A DNA stretch of 57,927 nucleotides from IMG/VR virus record IMGVR_UViG_3300036773_000056, positions 1 through 57,927 of that record; one strand, given 5' to 3'. Positions within the stretch are counted from its first letter, which is position 1. Every line of letters starts with the position of its first letter. Made by a program: the position numbers and the translations under genes. The notes beneath the pieces were generated by a model. It ran no database searches, had not been told where the DNA came from, and was given only the letters and a program-made list of their open reading frames with translations. This stretch comes from a virus (taxonomy: Duplodnaviria; Caudoviricetes). This document shows, piece after piece, positions 57,051 to 57,927 of this stretch.

Positions 57051-57849
57051 TGGTTCTTCACGTCCCAGAACTCTTCACCCGGCCGCGGGTGCTCGCGGCG
57101 GGCGATCTCCGTCTCGTGCTGGCCGCGGTAGATGCGCTCGGCCTCCATCGCGTGGTCGGACGCGCCGGCCATCTGCCCGCCCATGTCCCGCAGGTGGTCG
57201 AGGAAACGAGGGTCGAATGGCTTCTCGTCGCCGAGACGGTCGGCGAGGCCGGTCAGCCCCTCGGCGTGGGACTCGTAGACCGCGGGCAGGTCACGTACGA
57301 AGTTCTGGAACTCCTCCGGGTTCTCCGGGGTGTAGCCGGCGACTTGGCGGAGCGCTTCCACGGCGTTCTGGATGATCGGGTGACTCACGGGTCGTTCCCC
57401 TCCTCGGATCGGTGCGGGTGGTGTGATCGGCGGCCCCGAGCTGGTCGCGGCCGGCCGGTTGGTGAAGGTGATTGGGGCGGTCGGGTCGACGACGCGGTGC
57501 CGCCCGCGGGCGGCGAGGCGGCGCAGCAGCGGCGCGCCGGCGACCGCGTGGCCGAGGCGCAGCAGCGTCGCGGCGGGGAGGCGCCACACCGGGCCGACCG
57601 TGTGGCGCAGCCATCCGGTGAGGTTGCGGGCGCGGACCGCGCGCAGGCGGCGGTGCGCGCCGTGGCCGCGCGCCGTCACCCGGAGCCCCCCGTACGTACG
57701 GGACCGTCCGACGCGGCGCCGGACGCGCGCGGCGGCGCGGCCGGTCCGGCGGGCGAGCATCCGCGTGCGCCACGCCGCGGCGCTGGCGAACCGGCCGCTG
57801 CCGCGGCGTACGGCGCGGACCGTACGGCGAACGCGGCGACCGTGGACGC
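57047..57849 (-). CDS. traA: TraA-like protein, C-terminal part (whole ORF about 639 aa across the junction)
   Basis: C-terminus HETEIARREHPRPGEEFWDV resembles actinomycete TraA; coupled to traB. Confidence 0.75.
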
Positions 57850-57927
57850 CGAGCCTGCGCCGCATGTTGACCGCGCGGCGCAGGCGTCGGGGGGGCGGCC
57901 CGCCCGGGGGGGCGCGGGCGGCGCGGC
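57850..57927. repeat. Terminal overlap with positions 1-78 (circular junction)
   Basis: Ungapped alignment, 67/78 identical; mismatches in the end copy are mostly to G or C, like read-end errors. Confidence 0.9.

Larger units (their letters stand above)
1..57927. mobile_element. Complete circular conjugative phage-plasmid of an actinomycete (about 57,849 bp unit)
   Basis: Terminal 78-nt overlap; full phage morphogenesis operon plus rep, parA, recombinase and traA/traB modules; no host housekeeping genes seen. Confidence 0.9.

Noticed and set aside
57850-57927. Biological terminal direct repeat or att site
   Set aside because: It lies mid-gene and in frame, and its mismatches look like read-end errors; best explained as an assembly overlap
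1-57927. tRNA, rRNA, cas, reverse transcriptase or transposase genes
   Set aside because: None recognised by eye; covariance-model and HMM scans would be needed to exclude divergent ones

Overview
This window is an essentially complete circular element of about 57.85 kb from a high-GC actinomycete. Its first 78 nt and last 78 nt overlap, and the traA-like ORF reads in frame across that junction. It combines three lifestyles. (1) A full temperate siphovirus gene set: repressor/Cro-like switch, Bet/RecT, RusA-like resolvase, terminase, portal, P22-type coat, tail with a -1 frameshift chaperone, and a GH25 lysin. (2) A plasmid maintenance set: an initiator with internal iterons and a probable antisense-RNA/leader-peptide control, ParA with a non-canonical partner, and a Xer-like tyrosine recombinase with a dif-like site. 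(3) A Streptomyces-type double-stranded DNA conjugation module: GntR/Kor-type repressor, traA, FtsK-like traB, clt-like repeats and a DUF2637 spread-type protein. It is therefore a conjugative phage-plasmid. The most striking feature is a cas-less type I-E-like CRISPR mini-array at 50498-50775. Its spacers are only 20-22 nt rather than about 32 nt, its repeats are all different from each other, and it has its own candidate promoter and terminator, which suggests guides or decoys for hijacking host Cascade. Other cargo: an Acb2/Tad1-like sponge candidate, an Rmf/CrpP-fold peptide, a protealysin-like M4 protease inside the lysis cassette, a GDPD-bearing tail-type protein and an XF1762-family GNAT-like gene. 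All family calls come from motif recognition by eye; no database searches were run.
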